Both the position numbers and the translations under genes were made by a program. A stretch of DNA of 38,428 bases from a virus. Lineage: Duplodnaviria > Caudoviricetes. This document shows, in pieces, positions 26,360-34,580 of the stretch. Position 1 is the first letter of the stretch. Each line of letters starts with the position of its first letter. Under the pieces are notes generated by a model, which searched no databases, had not been told where the DNA came from, and saw nothing but the letters and a program-made list of their open reading frames with translations. Where the stretch lies: the IMG/VR virus record IMGVR_UViG_3300037424_000274, positions 1 through 38,428 of that record; one strand, 5' to 3'.

Positions 26360-26715
26360 GTACAGGCGATTGGATTGCAGTATGCACGAAGTGCGGAAGA
26401 GAATACTTCTATGGGCACGTTTGTGAAATTATGCGCAGGTATGCGGTTGGTTCGTACGAAGTGTGGAATAGCCCGAACACGTTCTGGAACAACCCGCTAA
26501 AAAAGGAGCGCGACGAAGCCAGAGCCTGGGCGCGGAAGCTGTATCGGCAGGTAGAGGGGCAATCCGCCCGTATCGGACAGTTAGAGGTGTCGGTGGAAAC
26601 GCAATCCGCCTATATCGCACAGCTAGAGGCGGCGGTGAGGGATGCGGAATACTTTGCGCACAAAGACGCTGACGCCCGCAAACTACGCGACGAACTGAGG
26701 GCGAGGGGCAAATGA
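26356..26715 (+). CDS. Hypothetical coiled-coil protein
   Basis: CTKCG; ERDEARAWARKL. Confidence 0.55.
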   Translation: MSTGDWIAVCTKCGREYFYGHVCEIMRRYAVGSYEVWNSPNTFWNNPLKKERDEARAWARKLYRQVEGQSARIGQLEVSVETQSAYIAQLEAAVRDAEYFAHKDADARKLRDELRARGK

Positions 26716-27011
26716 AAGCATATAAAGCTTCGTTCGATGGCGAAGAATGGATGACGCTTATTCACGGCGAATCCACGGCAAAGGCTAAGTATCGCTTTAT
26801 GCGGTGCGAACCTACCGGCTTTGCCGATAAATCGATGTGGGTAGATGCTCGCCTGGTACGTTTACCGGAGTGGGACAATCGCCCATTTGTGGACGGCGAA
26901 GAAATTAGATTGCTATTCCTGCCGTCAGACTATACCGAGGACGGCGAAGGATTATTTGACCCGTTTGTGAATGACTGTGACTGCGAGTTATGCAAGGCGA
27001 GGGGCAAATGA
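26712..27011 (+). CDS. Hypothetical protein
   Basis: Flanked by 16-bp direct repeats; C-terminal CDCELC. Confidence 0.6.
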   Translation: MKAYKASFDGEEWMTLIHGESTAKAKYRFMRCEPTGFADKSMWVDARLVRLPEWDNRPFVDGEEIRLLFLPSDYTEDGEGLFDPFVNDCDCELCKARGK

Positions 27012-27211
27012 CCGATACCACTATTGATACTATCGAGGCACGGGCTAAGGCATTGAACCTCCAGCGCGCCGACCGGCTACCGTTCGACTGGACCGACCAG
27101 GCGTATGACCTTGACACGGCATACCGGGCGTATGTAAGGCGAAGGCAGTGTAAGCCTAACATGTTCTTTGAGCGGCGCGGATATGTGTACGTGTGGAGAG
27201 ATGGGGCATGA
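27008..27211 (+). CDS. Hypothetical protein
   Basis: ATGA overlaps on both sides. Confidence 0.5.
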   Translation: MTDTTIDTIEARAKALNLQRADRLPFDWTDQAYDLDTAYRAYVRRRQCKPNMFFERRGYVYVWRDGA

Positions 27212-27261
27212 TAACAATTTGCCTAGACTGGCCCGCTAGAGAGCTATCCCCGAACGCCCGC
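27208..27261 (+). pseudogene. 5' remnant of a RusA-like resolvase gene
   Basis: MITICLDWPARELSPNAR matches the L.WP...LSPNAR start of phage RusA-like proteins; interrupted by a promoter. Confidence 0.55.
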
Positions 27262-27267
27262 GTTCTG

Positions 27268-27436
27268 TGGTATAATTGTAATTACCTAGACGAACGGATA
27301 ACCAGGGCGCTTTGCTTTAACCAAGGCCGCCGTTTATTCCACAAATGTTTTTGTGGGCAAAGTGCCCCTCATGTGTAGGACTCACGTCCTGGCTGTTCGT
27401 CTAGGTAACGACGGCGCACATGGGGGGCATTTTGCT
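27268..27436 (+). promoter_or_regulatory. Extended -10 promoter plus structured leader RNA (element B)
   Basis: TGGTATAAT; 16-bp stem (27282-27297/27393-27408); 20-bp anti-SD stem (27356-27375/27417-27436). Confidence 0.75.
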
Positions 27437-28414
27437 ATGTGGACACAAGAAGAAGACAATTTGTTAAGAGACCTTTATGAGGTACGCGAATACGCAGAAA
27501 TCGGCGAGATATTAGGGAAAACACAGAACGCAATTAGAAACAGATGCTGGAGATTGAGGCTTAGAAAGCGTCCTGCGTTTTGGACAGACGAAGAAATTGA
27601 TGTTCTCAAATCCCATTACCTGTCTGCGGGTGTATTCAGAGTAGACCTCGATGCATTGGCAAAGTCGATGGGGCGGGGACGAATGTCTGTCGCCCTCAAA
27701 GCGTCCGAGCTAGGTCTTTGCAACAAAGGGCGAGTGAAGCGTGGGGGGAGAAAAGACCACAGGAAGTACAAGGGGGATAAGGCTTTGTTGCACAAGGCCC
27801 TTAGCGACCATTCCAAAAGAATGATAGCCGAAAGGGGGCACACCAGGGGAATGCTCGGGAAACACCATTCAATAGATACCAAGAAAATACTTTCGGCTAA
27901 GTCTCAATTCGCGCAAATGAGAACGACTGAAGAAGAGCGGGAGAGAAGGCGGGCAAAAAGGAGGGAAACAAACATGGCGAGATATGGCACTTATGCGCCA
28001 CAAATGAAATCGTCTAATCCGTATAGTCGGGCGAGGGGTGGAAAGCGAGAGGATTTAGATAATAGATATTTCCGTTCATCCTGGGAGGCAAACTACGCAA
28101 GGTATTTAAACCTCCTTGTTCTACAGGGGAAAATACTTAGATGGGAATATGAGCCGGAAACGTTTTACTTTCCCAACGTAAAGCGAGGCGCGTTGTCATA
28201 CACGCCAGACTTCAGACTTTATGAATTGGACGGAAGCATTGTTTATCACGAAGTAAAGGGGTGGATGGACACAAAGAGTAAAACAAAGCTCAGGCGCATG
28301 AAGCAGCACTTCCCAAACATTAAAATTGTAATCATAGACGCCGAACAATATAAATCGGTAAGTCAATTCGCGGGACTGATTACGGGATGGGAGTCTAACA
28401 AATGGGACTTCTAA
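27437..28414 (+). CDS. PD-(D/E)XK endonuclease (DUF1064/T7 endo I-like) with Myb-like repeats and NUMOD3-like motif
   Basis: WTQEED/WTDEEI repeats; GKHHSIDTKKILS; FRSSWE...WEYEPETF...YTPDF...EVKG. Confidence 0.8.
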   Translation: MWTQEEDNLLRDLYEVREYAEIGEILGKTQNAIRNRCWRLRLRKRPAFWTDEEIDVLKSHYLSAGVFRVDLDALAKSMGRGRMSVALKASELGLCNKGRVKRGGRKDHRKYKGDKALLHKALSDHSKRMIAERGHTRGMLGKHHSIDTKKILSAKSQFAQMRTTEEERERRRAKRRETNMARYGTYAPQMKSSNPYSRARGGKREDLDNRYFRSSWEANYARYLNLLVLQGKILRWEYEPETFYFPNVKRGALSYTPDFRLYELDGSIVYHEVKGWMDTKSKTKLRRMKQHFPNIKIVIIDAEQYKSVSQFAGLITGWESNKWDF

Positions 28415-28473
28415 TCTGGGGAGATGTGAGACCGCATGGCATGGTTGAGTTTACGTTGATGGAGGGGGAATGA
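28402..28473 (+). pseudogene. Probable 3' remnant of the RusA-like gene
   Basis: LLIWGDVRPHGMVEFTLMEGE*; the stop overlaps the ATG of the next gene (ATGA). Confidence 0.45.
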
Positions 28474-28703
28474 ATGACACATCATCTTTAAAATTTGATA
28501 CGCTGGTACGACATAAATATTACGGACGTGGTCGGGTTGTGGCATTTAGTATGTACTTTTACGAACCAGTCGGAGTGCAGTTTGATACTCCAACCGGCAA
28601 ACCAGAAACGTGTTATGGGTATGGCGTAAATGGGTATTGTGCTTGGGTGGACCGACGAGACCTAACTATTTTGACTGAGCCAAACAATTCGAGGGAGAGG
28701 TGA
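28470..28703 (+). CDS. Small SH3/KOW-like hypothetical protein
   Basis: VRHKYYGRGRVV...VGVQFD; GGAGG SD. Confidence 0.6.
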   Translation: MNDTSSLKFDTLVRHKYYGRGRVVAFSMYFYEPVGVQFDTPTGKPETCYGYGVNGYCAWVDRRDLTILTEPNNSRER

Positions 28704-28737
28704 TGCGTCATGCGGGCGTACAATAACGTTCAACCTA

Positions 28738-28767
28738 TTGTATTGTTAGTTCATTCGTGCTAAACTA
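28738..28767 (+). promoter_or_regulatory. Candidate late-operon promoter
   Basis: TTGTAT...TGCTAAACT in an AT-rich intergenic region before the holin/terminase genes. Confidence 0.45.
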
Positions 28768-28891
28768 AATATCATACGGTTGTATGATTTTAGACGGTTG
28801 TATGTGGTTGCGTAGAGACGCAGCGGGCCGGTATTCCGGAGCTGGTGTAGGGGCGGGAGGCCAGCAATTAGGAAAGGTAAAGGGTGGTTAT

Positions 28892-29272
28892 ATGCCTGAT
28901 TTCGTTTTGACACCTGAGATGTTAGCCGGTTTAACTGGCGCTGTGATTTCCCTGTTTTTCAATTACTTCCCGTGGCTCAAAGATAAATTCGCCGGACTTG
29001 CGTCTGACGTCAAGTCATTCGTGATGATTGGCATGATGGCGGTCGTAACCGCAGCCATTACCGCTCTGAGTTACTACGGGGTATTGAATGCGGGGATTGA
29101 GTTTACCCCAGGCTGGCCGTGGCACGTCGTTTGGGTGTTCGTGCTGGCGGTGGTTGGTAATGCGGCTGCGTTCATAGCGTCACCCCAAACCAAGAGCGTG
29201 AAATTAGCGAAGGCAATGCGCAACTACGACGAGTGCCAGGAAATGTATCTGGAAGCGCGCGGGGAAGAGTAA
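28892..29272 (+). CDS. Putative holin
   Basis: Three hydrophobic segments and a charged C-terminus. Confidence 0.65.
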   Translation: MPDFVLTPEMLAGLTGAVISLFFNYFPWLKDKFAGLASDVKSFVMIGMMAVVTAAITALSYYGVLNAGIEFTPGWPWHVVWVFVLAVVGNAAAFIASPQTKSVKLAKAMRNYDECQEMYLEARGEE

Positions 29273-29294
29273 TGCCAGCCATAGGGGGTGACTG

Positions 29295-29636
29295 ATGGAC
29301 TGGACTGCGCTGCTCGCACAGGCTCCCATTGTGGGAGCGTTCATTTGGTTCTCCATCGAAATGCAGAAGCGTTATACCGCGTCCCTGGAAAAGAGAGACG
29401 ATCTATTCCAGAAATCCTTGCAGGAGCAGGCCACACAGTGGCGTAGTTTTTTTACACAGCTAAACGACGGCAACAAAGACGACGTCTGCAAGATCGCGGA
29501 CACCTTAGAGGCTGTAGCTGGAATTGTCCGTACTTTGGACGCAAAACTTGACCGGCACGACAGCCGAGTAGATGAGCGAATTCAAGCCACGGTACAAATT
29601 GCAACCAAACCACTTCCACGCAAAAGGGGCGAGTAA
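29295..29636 (+). CDS. Holin-like (BhlA/UviB-type) membrane protein
   Basis: N-terminal TM followed by a coiled coil. Confidence 0.5.
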   Translation: MDWTALLAQAPIVGAFIWFSIEMQKRYTASLEKRDDLFQKSLQEQATQWRSFFTQLNDGNKDDVCKIADTLEAVAGIVRTLDAKLDRHDSRVDERIQATVQIATKPLPRKRGE

Positions 29637-29637
29637 T

Positions 29638-30066
29638 ATGACTATGACAGCCGACCAGTTGTTTATTGTTGCGATAGTTGTGGCGCTGGCCGGGACGTTA
29701 GGGACTATTGTGGCCCAGTTTATGACCCAGTTGTTTACCTGGAACACGTCACAGGAACAGCGCCGCCGTGATCTAGAGGACAGGCGCGAGGTGGTGAAGC
29801 AGGCAAAGGCGGCAACAGAAGCAGCGGCGCTTGCCTCTAAGGTTGCCACACAGGCCCTGACTATCGTACACGCCGAGGTGGTCAAAGTGGGAGAGAAGGC
29901 GGACGCTGCTTACAAAGAAGCAAACCAAAGCAACCTGAAAATACAGGGCGTTCAGGACGTGTTGACTACGGCGCTAAACCTGCCGCAGACGCCGATAACC
30001 GCAACGACTGGGGCAAACGAAGCCAAGACAGTACCGCGCCCGGTGGTGAAGAAGGCGGCGGAGTGA
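29638..30066 (+). CDS. Membrane-anchored coiled-coil protein
   Basis: LFIVAIVVALAGTLGTIV followed by an Ala-rich helix. Confidence 0.55.
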   Translation: MTMTADQLFIVAIVVALAGTLGTIVAQFMTQLFTWNTSQEQRRRDLEDRREVVKQAKAATEAAALASKVATQALTIVHAEVVKVGEKADAAYKEANQSNLKIQGVQDVLTTALNLPQTPITATTGANEAKTVPRPVVKKAAE

Positions 30067-30281
30067 GCGAGCCAGACAACGAATTAGCAAAGACTGACAT
30101 TCTCGCCCTCGACTATGGGGGCAAGATAAAGCTGCTTGAACGGATAGCGCAGCGCATACTCGACACGCAGATTGAATACTCGAAGATTGCGGGGCGTAAT
30201 GCTGAATTGAAAGCAGAGATTGAGGTACTAAAACAAGTCAAGAGCGCACTACAAAGCGCGATACGTGCAGAGGGTAATTGA
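30063..30281 (+). CDS. Small coiled-coil protein
   Basis: GTGA/TGATG coupling. Confidence 0.55.
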   Translation: MSEPDNELAKTDILALDYGGKIKLLERIAQRILDTQIEYSKIAGRNAELKAEIEVLKQVKSALQSAIRAEGN

Positions 30282-30745
30282 TGGCGGATGTCAAAATATG
30301 GGAACAGCGAGCCGATGAACCAGACCGGGCTTATGCCTGCTTCCTGGTTTATTTGCAGTTGGGTCCGGGGCGTAGCCTTGAAAGGGCTTATGAGGCAGCG
30401 TCAAATCGCGTCAAATCGCGTCGCTCGTCAGGACAGTGGGTCTATTACTCAACCACCTATGATTGGGTTGCGCGTTCACAGTCCTTTGACATTGACGCGC
30501 TATCCCAACACGGCACAGAGGTTGTTATCAACTGGGTGCAATCCCTGGTCAAGCTATCCGAACTTGCCTTCGAGAAAATTACAAGCGGAACGGTCGAGAT
30601 TCATAGTCTCGGGCAACTGCTAGAGGTTATCAATGTTCTCGGAAACTTCGTCACGCCAGAAACAATCCAGGCAGCACGCGAATTTACAAGCGGTGATTTC
30701 GGGCGCAAGGTTATCGAACCAGGGGGGGCCGAAGAAGATTTTTAG
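30281..30745 (+). CDS. Terminase small subunit
   Basis: WEQ..DE..RAY..F..Y..LGP.RSL...W.....DWV.R...FD; immediately upstream of TerL. Confidence 0.7.
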   Translation: MADVKIWEQRADEPDRAYACFLVYLQLGPGRSLERAYEAASNRVKSRRSSGQWVYYSTTYDWVARSQSFDIDALSQHGTEVVINWVQSLVKLSELAFEKITSGTVEIHSLGQLLEVINVLGNFVTPETIQAAREFTSGDFGRKVIEPGGAEEDF

Positions 30746-32216
30746 CGGGTGGCGAAATTGGCTAACCGAGTTATTCCCTACTTATGTAAGCAAACCATTC
30801 TCAACCAGGCACGTTGATTTATGGGAGTGGGTAGAACATTTACAACCGCATATCAAACCCCGTCCATTTGTGGCGCTGTGGCCTCGTGGTGGAGCCAAGT
30901 CAACTACAGCCGAACTGGCGTGTGTCTATGCTGGCAACAATAAGAGCCGTGGCTATGTTTGGTACGTATCATCTACACAAGATAAAGCCGACAGGCATGT
31001 TGAGAATATCGGCTCATTGTTAGAGAGCCGGGCACTAGAGCGCCACTACCCCGCGTTAGCATCTCGCAAAGTTGGCAAGTACGGAAACAGCAAGGGCTGG
31101 CGGCGGTCAAGGCTGCGCACGTCCAGCGGGCTAACCGTTGACGCGCTAGGGCTTGACGTTGGGGCGCGTGGTGCAAAGGTTGAGGAGAAACGGCCAGACC
31201 TGATTATCTTCGATGATGTGGACGAAAAGCACGACACGGCAAAGACGGTGCAAAAGAAAATCGACATTATCACCACGAGCATACTACCGGCTGGGTCGTC
31301 GGAATGCGCAGTACTGTTCATCCAGAACGTTATCCACGACGGGAGCATAGCTGACAAGTTGGGGCACGATGCAGAATTCTTGATTGACAGGATTATCAGC
31401 GGGCCGATCAAGGCGGTTGAAGGACTGGTCTATGCACAGATGTTCGATGCCGATCTAAACCGCAATCGCTATGTTATCACCGGCGGCGCAGCGACATGGG
31501 AAGGGCAGGGGCTAGAAACCTGCCAGGCACAAATCAACGAATGGGGGCTGACTGCGTTCTTACAAGAGGCGCAGCACGACACCACCCAAACGGGCGGGAT
31601 ATGGGATCACATCACATTTAGGCATTGCAAGCGGGACGAAATCCCCTCGTTTGTGCGTGGGTGCGTGTGGTGTGACCCAGCCGTAACCGACACGGATGAT
31701 AGTTGCGCGAACGGCATCATTGCGGATGGGATAGCGCGGGACGGGACAATATACCGCGTGTTTGCATGGGAGGCGGTTGACAGTGCGACCAACGTTATCC
31801 GCAAGGCAATCAACACGGCGATAGATTGGGGGTTTGGTACAGTCGGAGTTGAAACGAACCAGGGCGGGGATTTGTGGCGCAGCACTTACGACACGATCCT
31901 TGCAAAGATGCAACTGGAAACGCAAGATGCGCTAAAGGGTAAGTACGGCAAGGAGTTGGAAGAACATTATAGCAAAATCATCTGGCCGTCATTCAGAGAA
32001 GCGAAGGCCGGGGCCGGTACGGGCGGCAAAGTGGAGCGAAATCAATTGATGCTGGCGGATTACGAGAAAGGCGCAATTGTACACGTAGAGGGTACGCACG
32101 AGATTATCGAGCGTGCCCTAAAGCGTTTTCCTAACGAGCCGCTGGACTTAGCTGATGCGGCTTTTTGGGGGTGGGACGATTTACGTAATCCTAGTTGGCT
32201 TATGGCGGGGAGTTAA
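30633..32216 (+). CDS. terL: Terminase large subunit
   Basis: Walker A PRGGAKST, Walker B LIIFDD, nuclease CDPA, VETNQGG, DLADA. Confidence 0.93.
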   Translation: MFSETSSRQKQSRQHANLQAVISGARLSNQGGPKKIFSGWRNWLTELFPTYVSKPFSTRHVDLWEWVEHLQPHIKPRPFVALWPRGGAKSTTAELACVYAGNNKSRGYVWYVSSTQDKADRHVENIGSLLESRALERHYPALASRKVGKYGNSKGWRRSRLRTSSGLTVDALGLDVGARGAKVEEKRPDLIIFDDVDEKHDTAKTVQKKIDIITTSILPAGSSECAVLFIQNVIHDGSIADKLGHDAEFLIDRIISGPIKAVEGLVYAQMFDADLNRNRYVITGGAATWEGQGLETCQAQINEWGLTAFLQEAQHDTTQTGGIWDHITFRHCKRDEIPSFVRGCVWCDPAVTDTDDSCANGIIADGIARDGTIYRVFAWEAVDSATNVIRKAINTAIDWGFGTVGVETNQGGDLWRSTYDTILAKMQLETQDALKGKYGKELEEHYSKIIWPSFREAKAGAGTGGKVERNQLMLADYEKGAIVHVEGTHEIIERALKRFPNEPLDLADAAFWGWDDLRNPSWLMAGS

Positions 32217-32218
32217 TA

Positions 32219-33844
32219 ATGGCACATAGAAACGTTTTATTGGACGGCGGGGCAAGCAGGAAGGCAGTCAACCTTTGGGGCGATGAGGGCTGGGTAACGA
32301 TTGGTGGCGGAGATGACGAACGGCGAAAGGGCGTCGATGCGTATTATGCCGCTGTGCCCTGGTTGTTTCGTGGGGTGAAGTCACGCAGCACTGATGTAAG
32401 CCACGTCCCATTTGCCCTCGTGTTGGGCGACGAAGCTGTTGCAACGTCAGACAAGTGGCAGCCCGACGCATTGCCCACAGCAGTAAAGCGTGATATCGAA
32501 TTCCTTCACAACCCGCGTAAATTGTTCGCACAGCTAGAGCAGTCGTTGACTATGTGCGCTAGGGCGTACATCCTGCTGACCACAAACCCGTCAGGCTACA
32601 TCAAGTCGGCGCGGTATCTCAACCCGTACACCGTTACACCTATCAACAAGAAGGATGAGAATGGCAACGAAACGGGTGAGATAGAGAAGTATGAGCGCAG
32701 AGTCGGTAATCGAAAGCTCGACTTGAAGCCGGAAAACGTAGTAGCAATTTACGACCCAGATTACCTGACCGAGACGGGCGCGGGTACGTCTCCCGCAAAG
32801 GTGGCGCTGGCTGCAAGCGGCGTGTTATTCAACGCCGATGTGTTTATTGCTAATTACTTCGAGCGCGGGGCGATCAAGGCTACAATCCTCAGCGCAGATA
32901 CACCAGACCAGGGAGAGGCTAAGGCGCTTCAAGCGTGGTTCTCTGATGTTATTGGTGGTATCAAAAACGCGTGGTCGGCCAAGGTGATGCGGGCCAAGAT
33001 CGTTACCCCTATCGTGATCGGAGAGGGGTTAGAGGGTTTGCAAAACACGGACCTGACCAAAGAGAAGCGCCAGGATATTGCCACCGCGCTAGGCATTCCC
33101 GAATCGCGCATGTGGTCTGCTGCGGCAAACTACGCCACCCGCTCCGAGGATGAGGTCGCCTATTATCGAGGTACGATCATCCCCGAGTGTGACCTGATTA
33201 CCGAGGCGTTCAACGAGCAGGTGTTCAATGAGTTTCACCACCTGGAGCAGTACCGGCTTGAATTCAAGCCGGAGGGGTTAGACATATTCCAAGAAGACGA
33301 AACCGCGCGTGCTGGCAGCCTGGGGCAACTGGTATCAGCCCTGCAAGACCCGATTAGCGAAATTGCTATGGTTATCCTGGGCTACGAAATTGACGACGAA
33401 ACTATGGCAAAGCTGCGGGTGTATTGGGCCGACAAAACAAAGCGGGCCGAGGCGGTTGTAGCGAATATGGCACAGGGTGGCGATTCCAACAATCAGCCCA
33501 ACCCACAGACCGCAGACCAGGAGGAAGGCGGAGAGAATGCGCAAGGCGAGAAGCCCAACGGACAGGCTACCCGCTCCGCTCTATTCCAGTGGCGCAAGTG
33601 CGCACTGACGGCGATCAAGAAGGGCGAGGCTGCGGCGGTTGAATTTGACAACCCGGCGATACCTGATAGAGTAGCACAGTATTTACGCTACGAGTTGGCG
33701 GGAGCAAAGACACGGGAGGATGTTGACCACCTATTTGATACGGCGCGAAAGATGGCGAAGGATACGGAGAACGTTGACCCGCTTGTGCTAGAATTGCGGC
33801 GGGCGAATGAATTGTTAAGTTTGAGTGCAACCCTGGGAGGGTAG
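32219..33844 (+). CDS. Portal protein (HK97-like)
   Basis: Follows TerL; YLNP..V, NYFERGA, DIATALGIP, ANYAT. Confidence 0.9.
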   Translation: MAHRNVLLDGGASRKAVNLWGDEGWVTIGGGDDERRKGVDAYYAAVPWLFRGVKSRSTDVSHVPFALVLGDEAVATSDKWQPDALPTAVKRDIEFLHNPRKLFAQLEQSLTMCARAYILLTTNPSGYIKSARYLNPYTVTPINKKDENGNETGEIEKYERRVGNRKLDLKPENVVAIYDPDYLTETGAGTSPAKVALAASGVLFNADVFIANYFERGAIKATILSADTPDQGEAKALQAWFSDVIGGIKNAWSAKVMRAKIVTPIVIGEGLEGLQNTDLTKEKRQDIATALGIPESRMWSAAANYATRSEDEVAYYRGTIIPECDLITEAFNEQVFNEFHHLEQYRLEFKPEGLDIFQEDETARAGSLGQLVSALQDPISEIAMVILGYEIDDETMAKLRVYWADKTKRAEAVVANMAQGGDSNNQPNPQTADQEEGGENAQGEKPNGQATRSALFQWRKCALTAIKKGEAAAVEFDNPAIPDRVAQYLRYELAGAKTREDVDHLFDTARKMAKDTENVDPLVLELRRANELLSLSATLGG

Positions 33845-33845
33845 G

Positions 33846-34580
33846 ATGCCTGACTTCGACCCTGAAGAAATCCACCGTGTAGCCAAGGCCGTCCGTGAGC
33901 GGGCGTTCCTCGACTACATCAAGCGCCAGCGCGAGATCAAGACGCAGGGCGCGTTTGAGTATCACGTCTGGAACTATATGCGCGAGTACTTCACCTCCAC
34001 CGCAAACGACGCGGCATTTACGTTCCTCGACCAGATGATAGCCGAGGTTGACAACCAATACCACCGTGCCTGGAACGAGGGGGCGCATTCAGTTGACGTG
34101 CTACCAGCAGACATGACCGACATGGATATGATGGTACTGCAAGTTGAGATTGGCGGGGAGCAAAACCTATTAGGCGGGATCGCCGGTGATATTGAACGGG
34201 CGAAGGCTGACGGGTTGACTGACGCGGAATTCCATAGCGCATTCCGCAACCGCGCATTCATGTGGTCGAACAGGTACAACGCCGTAGCCGACAAGGCCGC
34301 AACCTATTTCGGGCAGCGGGCTAAGTTCGAATGGGTGCTAGGCGGCACGGAGAACCACTGCCACACGGGTGACGAAGGCAAGCCGGGGATTGGCTGCGCA
34401 AACCTGGCGGGTATCGTGATGTGGGGGCACGAGTGGGACGTAGCCGACATCAAGCCGCAGCAGACAACCCTTGTGTGTGGCGGGTATAACTGCGAATGCA
34501 GGCTAGAGCCAACGGATAAACCACGCACGCGCGGCGGGTTAGGGCGCGTGCTGGATATGAGAGTAGCGGCGAGCCTATGA
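33846..34580 (+). CDS. Head morphogenesis protein (MuF/SPP1 gp7-like)
   Basis: After portal; EWVLG.TENHC...C..L.G...CGGYNCECRL. Confidence 0.75.
   Translation: MPDFDPEEIHRVAKAVRERAFLDYIKRQREIKTQGAFEYHVWNYMREYFTSTANDAAFTFLDQMIAEVDNQYHRAWNEGAHSVDVLPADMTDMDMMVLQVEIGGEQNLLGGIAGDIERAKADGLTDAEFHSAFRNRAFMWSNRYNAVADKAATYFGQRAKFEWVLGGTENHCHTGDEGKPGIGCANLAGIVMWGHEWDVADIKPQQTTLVCGGYNCECRLEPTDKPRTRGGLGRVLDMRVAASL

Noticed and set aside
27262-28413. Group I/II intron interrupting the RusA-like gene
   Set aside because: The two remnants are in the same frame, but splicing would give only ~37 aa lacking the catalytic core, and I see no intron core motifs or 3' intron structure.
30721-30745. +1 frameshift (TTT TAG) fusing TerS to TerL
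   Set aside because: TerL has an in-frame ATG at 30633 with a GAGGT SD, and the G-run is too far from the shift site for an RF2-like mechanism.
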